A stretch of DNA of 64,000 nucleotides from Macrostomum lignano (taxonomy: Eukaryota), in contig NIVC01001563.1 in the NCBI GenBank assembly GCA_002269645.1, forward strand, positions 62,001 to 126,000, given 5' to 3'. The position numbers were made by a program, and so were the translations under genes. The notes under the pieces are model-generated. The model saw only the letters and a list, made by a program, of their open reading frames with translations, had not been told where the DNA came from and did not search any database. This document shows, piece after piece, positions 59,666 to 64,000 of the stretch (the first letter of the stretch is position 1; the number at the start of each line of letters is the position of its first letter).

Positions 59666-60921
59666 GCGCAACGGGTGTCATGGATGTCGCAGCGATCGTG
59701 CGGCGCATGGAAGGATTCACTCGTCGTTGAGCTTCAGACTTTCTGTTGAGCAAACGACTGAAGAAGCATATTGGAGACGGAAACAAAAAGAGGGGAGGGG
59801 ATCGAAGCACGTGAATTATGCAGACCAGAAGTGGAGCAGCAGAGGCAGTCAGACAGAAGCTTTATCCGAGACTCAACCGATCGTGACACACGAGACCCAG
59901 AGCCGAGGCGTGCATGGCTAAACGGCTTATGCATACCAATAGGCGCGAAAGGCTTCAGTAAAAATTTGCCCCAGACTCAAGCATCAGAGAGTACAGAATC
60001 CCTGCAAACACAGCAGCAGGCAAGCAGTTTTTTATCTAGCTCAGGCGCATCCCCCCAGGCATGCGCACGAATTCTATACACGAACTCGAGCATTCTGCAC
60101 GGCATTAGTAGCTAAGGGGCAATTATACTGTGCGTATTATGTGCCAGAACACAATACCAATTCACAGCTGCTTTGCCTCCTTCATCATTGTCTATATCTC
60201 TAGTCTGCCGCCCACTCTCGCCGCTGTTGAGCATTCTGTACTATTTGATGTTAGTTGAACAAATTCGTGCAGAGTGAATTATAAATGTGCATTATTAATG
60301 AAATAATTCTCAAACTGAGTTGTTGCAGAGACTGCAAGCATCATTCCAGATCCCTTCTTTATTTGTTAAATATAAAAAATAGCCGCGATGCTGCATGGCC
60401 TTTAGGGTTATATTTATGAACATATATATTGAACTTCTACATATATTACAAACATATTGAACTTCTGTTTAACACGTAGAACAATTACTATACCATGAAG
60501 GGTTCATGTAAAATAGAAATTTCTCAAGCTATTGTTTTTTATCGATAACACCGGCAACCCACGGCTTTTAAATGGCTGTAAGTCGCAGTAAGAATGCTCT
60601 GGGCCCAGCTTAGGAAAATTTTCTGCCGAGCTTTTCACTGTATCTACCTACAGAAGAAAATACCGCTAAGAAAATGCACACCTTGTAGGAAACATTTCAG
60701 CAAGTAATTATCCTGTATCCCAGAGACAATTTGAGCGAACGGCTATTTGCAATCCCTCTGCAGCTGCTGCTCCGCGGCCGAACCAACATCTGACTCGTAC
60801 ACACGTATGTAGATGGGATTTCCTCAATGCTACGCTCGTAGATTGTATGATTGTATAGTTATGTTGCATCTTTGAAGAATGGTTAAAGCGTAGCGCACTG
60901 TATAGAATTATCGGGTCTCTA

Positions 60922-61369
60922 CTCAGCAACAGCTAAACCCCCCCCCCCAACTCACGCTGTCACACGGCCCAAAAGTTTTGTATGCCATCGGTGACTCAGA
61001 AATGTGTGAAGGCTGCCGCCGCCAGACGCGAGCGCAAAGTGCGGCATGGGGGATTTGGTGAGGGGGTGGCGCAACTCAAAGTCTCCAGACATGAACCCCA
61101 TCGAGCATGTCTGGGACTTTGTAAAGCGAAGAGTTCAGCAGGATGCCCCACAGAATGCTGAACAGTTGCGACTGGCGGTGCTGAATGCCTGGCAGCAGCT
61201 GCCCCAAGAGTTCATCAACCGGCTGGTGATCAGGATGCCACGACGAGTCACGGCACTTTTGCATGCTCGTGGTTCCTACACACGATACTGAGACTAGAAT
61301 TAAAGACATTGCTTAACTTTTGTGCCCGTGTGACAGCGTGAGTTGGGGGGGGGTTTAGCTGTTGCTGAG
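60922..61369 (+). mobile_element. 448-bp Tc1 deletion derivative retaining only the transposase C-terminus
   Basis: TA-flanked ~45-bp TIRs (CTCAGCAACAGCTAAACCCC...CACACGG); internal frame SPDMNPIEHVWDFVKRRV...MPRRVTALLHARGSYTRY*, the DD34E Tc1 end. Confidence 0.9.
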
Positions 61370-64000
61370 TATTTAAGAATTTCCCGCAGCGATGTTTTCC
61401 CGCAGCGAGGTTTTCCCGAAGGGTTTTTCCAGTCGGAATTTCAAGTAGGATCCAATCGGATTTGAAATCTAGTCTAGTCCAGTTCTAATCTAGTATAGTT
61501 TTTAATCTAGTCTAGTCTAGTCTAGTCTAGTCTAGTCCAGCATTCTTTAGACTGGATTTGAGCGGCCATTATTTCACACTTTTGATTTGATTGGACGAGA
61601 GATGGGGTGGGTGGGTCACTTGGGGCAGAGGGTTATGATGTACATTGATTACGCGTGGCAAGATAAGATAATAGGCGAGTTCAAAAGCCTAAATAAATTA
61701 ATTTCATTAATAAAATCATAGCAGTATACCTGCTCTTGTCAATTGGCAAAAATCTGCCGCTGCAGGAGTCGCTCGCTGAATGGTGCAATAATGGCCGTTT
61801 TGACTTGGCATTGTGTCTGGGAAAAAGTTCTTACAATGAGCCGCTGTCATGATCCACCCTGTCTTCGTAAGTCCTCGATACAAAGATCCATGCATGTACA
61901 TTGTACATCGTACATGCACATGTAATTAAGCCAAGGCCTAGCTTGTACTCCCCCCTATGAAAGCCGAATGAAAGCCGCAACATGCCAATTCCGACGCTCT
62001 CCACAAGCTAGCTAGACATCTAGCTAACCATCTTGCGAATTGCAATTGACTTATCAACCGTGTGTGTGTCGGTCCTGGCTGCATTTTGCAGTAATTGCTG
62101 ACTGTGCTGGTAATTGTCGCAATTTTGTGCCTCCGAATATAATTGACCGTCTTGAACAGTCTGGAAATTACGGGACCGCTTTTAAGTAGCCGGCGTAATT
62201 GCAATCTGAATTTTCTTTGAATTTTACATGCGACAAGAAAATACTATGCATGCAGTATATGGAGAACGAGACAAAAAAGCATTACACAGGCACGATCAGT
62301 CCTGTAAGCTCAATCAATCGCATATGGAGAGACAAACCATTTTTAGTATATGGATTTAGTTGTTCAATTTTCAATTGTGCCCAGGTGCTTGATTGCCATG
62401 ATCGTAATTGCGCTGCAAGAAATTGTCTAAACAAGCAGGCCGCTGCAATTGTAGCAGTTAATCGATCATGCAAATAGCCTGAGCAGAAGATTTTCTATGA
62501 TGGCCTGCAGGCGAGCGTCGCCATATGGATTTTAAGGTGGGGGGGGGACAAAGCCAAGAATTAAGCATGCACGGACTTTTTATTTAATTTTTGAAATACA
62601 GGTTTTTTATCCAGCCTAATATAATGAATAAATGTATTAAATATTACATTCGTTTTTATAATTTATATCATTACAAAACTTGACAGCTGCAGAAATTCTT
62701 AGCTGGTACCCTAATTAGTTCCTTGCCGCAAGTTTTCTCCGCTGGCAACTTTCTCAGCTGGCAAAGTTCGTAGTACATGTAGGACCCTGCACAATTGCAT
62801 TCGAGGTGCCGTACTTGAGAGCGACCGGCCACCATCTCATTTATTGGAATTGGGCGTTAAATGTCAGAGGCACCGTTTCATTTGAAGGAAAGCCATTTTA
62901 CTTTTTGACTTGTTATGGTCACGGAGCCAGAAGCGCTATGTACATGTAGCTAGTAGTATATAGTAGCACCAGCAGCGGTAAGTACCGGGGCGCCAGCATC
63001 CTATGGGGTGTGACAGCTAGCACAGGATGCCATGGACCAAGGGGTAGCCAGCAACAGGAGAGCTGCTGTAAGAGGTTGCTTTACTTTTAAGATATTACTT
63101 TTGGCAAGCCCATAACTACATGTACATGTACGCCTAGATGTAGAGTACGTAATGATTAACATCGCGTTATTACTACGCATTAGCTTAATCTGATGTTAAT
63201 TTATTACTGACTGAGATTAAATTTTCCTCACAAAGTAGTTCCTGCATAACTTATGTCTGTGTGATTGCATGTGCACAAGTAAAATACAAAGGAAATTCTT
63301 TGATTAATACACATGTAAAGACAATTAAATATTAGTAATTATTAAATATTAAAAAATTATAAATATACAAATATAGATTTCAAAACTTTATCGAACAGAG
63401 CTGTGCGCCATAGTGCGGTAAATACGACTGAAATGCACCAAAAAATCCTTAAAATTTTTTGTAGGTTTTAAGTCGGTTGCATTGTAGCTAAGAGAATTAG
63501 AAAAGTCAAGCTATAGTTTCGTCACCTTTATACTCATGCAGCCGTAAATTCCTAAAATTGCACCGCTTTGTTTCTTTTGAGTTTTCCTCAATCCAAAACG
63601 TAAATCTTAGCTGAAACAGAGTTTGACATAGTACAGTTTAATACTTAATACCTACTTCAATTAAGGAAGTGAGTTTAGTTTATTCTATTTTAATTTAAAC
63701 TTGACCGACACTTCTTTCTTAGAAATATCGCCAGCACCATTACTTTGCAAAACACGTAGGCTGTAGCACGCTTCTGTTGTATTTAGGACTAAGGAGCTTA
63801 AGCCGAGCTACCGATTCATAATAAAAATTATATAATGGTGTATAGCACAGCCATTTTGACTGTGATTTTCCTCGAATTTAGGTCCAGGCCAATATCTAGA
63901 TTAGACCTGGCTTATGTTATGTTATGTGTGAAGTGTGGCATTTTTTGGGGGTTTTATGACTGACATTTTCGTCTTCAACAAAAATTTTGATAGGCCTAGA

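Noticed and set aside
59628-60115. Coding-looking stretch with KRGGDR, reminiscent of the IS630-like HTH region
   Set aside because: Frames are broken by stops, I found no TIRs, and the similarity is only about five residues.
1-64000. Intact tRNA, rRNA, SL RNA or snRNA genes
   Set aside because: None recognised by eye; only degenerate tRNA-like heads. tRNAscan-SE and Infernal/Rfam would be needed to exclude them.

Overview
Metazoan genomic DNA with spliceosomal GT-AG introns; nothing prokaryotic. GC-rich exons, minisatellite-filled introns and (TATC)n tracts resemble a free-living flatworm such as Macrostomum, but the species is an inference. I assembled eight host protein genes by hand from splice signals and reading-frame phase. 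On the minus strand: PSMD3/Rpn3 (4 exons), LMBR1-like (2 exons), ZRANB2-like, two tandem COX7A-like genes, DCAF6-like (5 exons) and a two-C2 synaptotagmin-like gene (3 exons). On the plus strand: a DUSP8/16-type MAPK phosphatase (at least 6 exons). Transposons include one apparently intact Buster/SPIN-type hAT (TIRs, 8-bp TSD, 603-aa transposase), a decayed mariner, several Tc1/mariner, hAT and MULE-like non-autonomous elements, and SINE remnants. There are about 20 unrelated tandem repeats. Best leads: (1) an internal first exon of the DUSP that replaces the rhodanese MAPK-binding domain with a peptide carrying a D-motif-like docking sequence, in a locus rich in AP-1 sites and with an RFX X-box; (2) two COX7A paralogs with a near-identical core but unrelated short and long N-termini; (3) five co-oriented housekeeping genes, each with a splice acceptor just before the ATG (possible trans-spliced operon); (4) clusters of the palindrome TAGGCCTA in an AT-rich, transposon-rich compartment. 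Protein identities rest on remembered family motifs, not database searches. Motif counts and repeat boundaries were made by eye.
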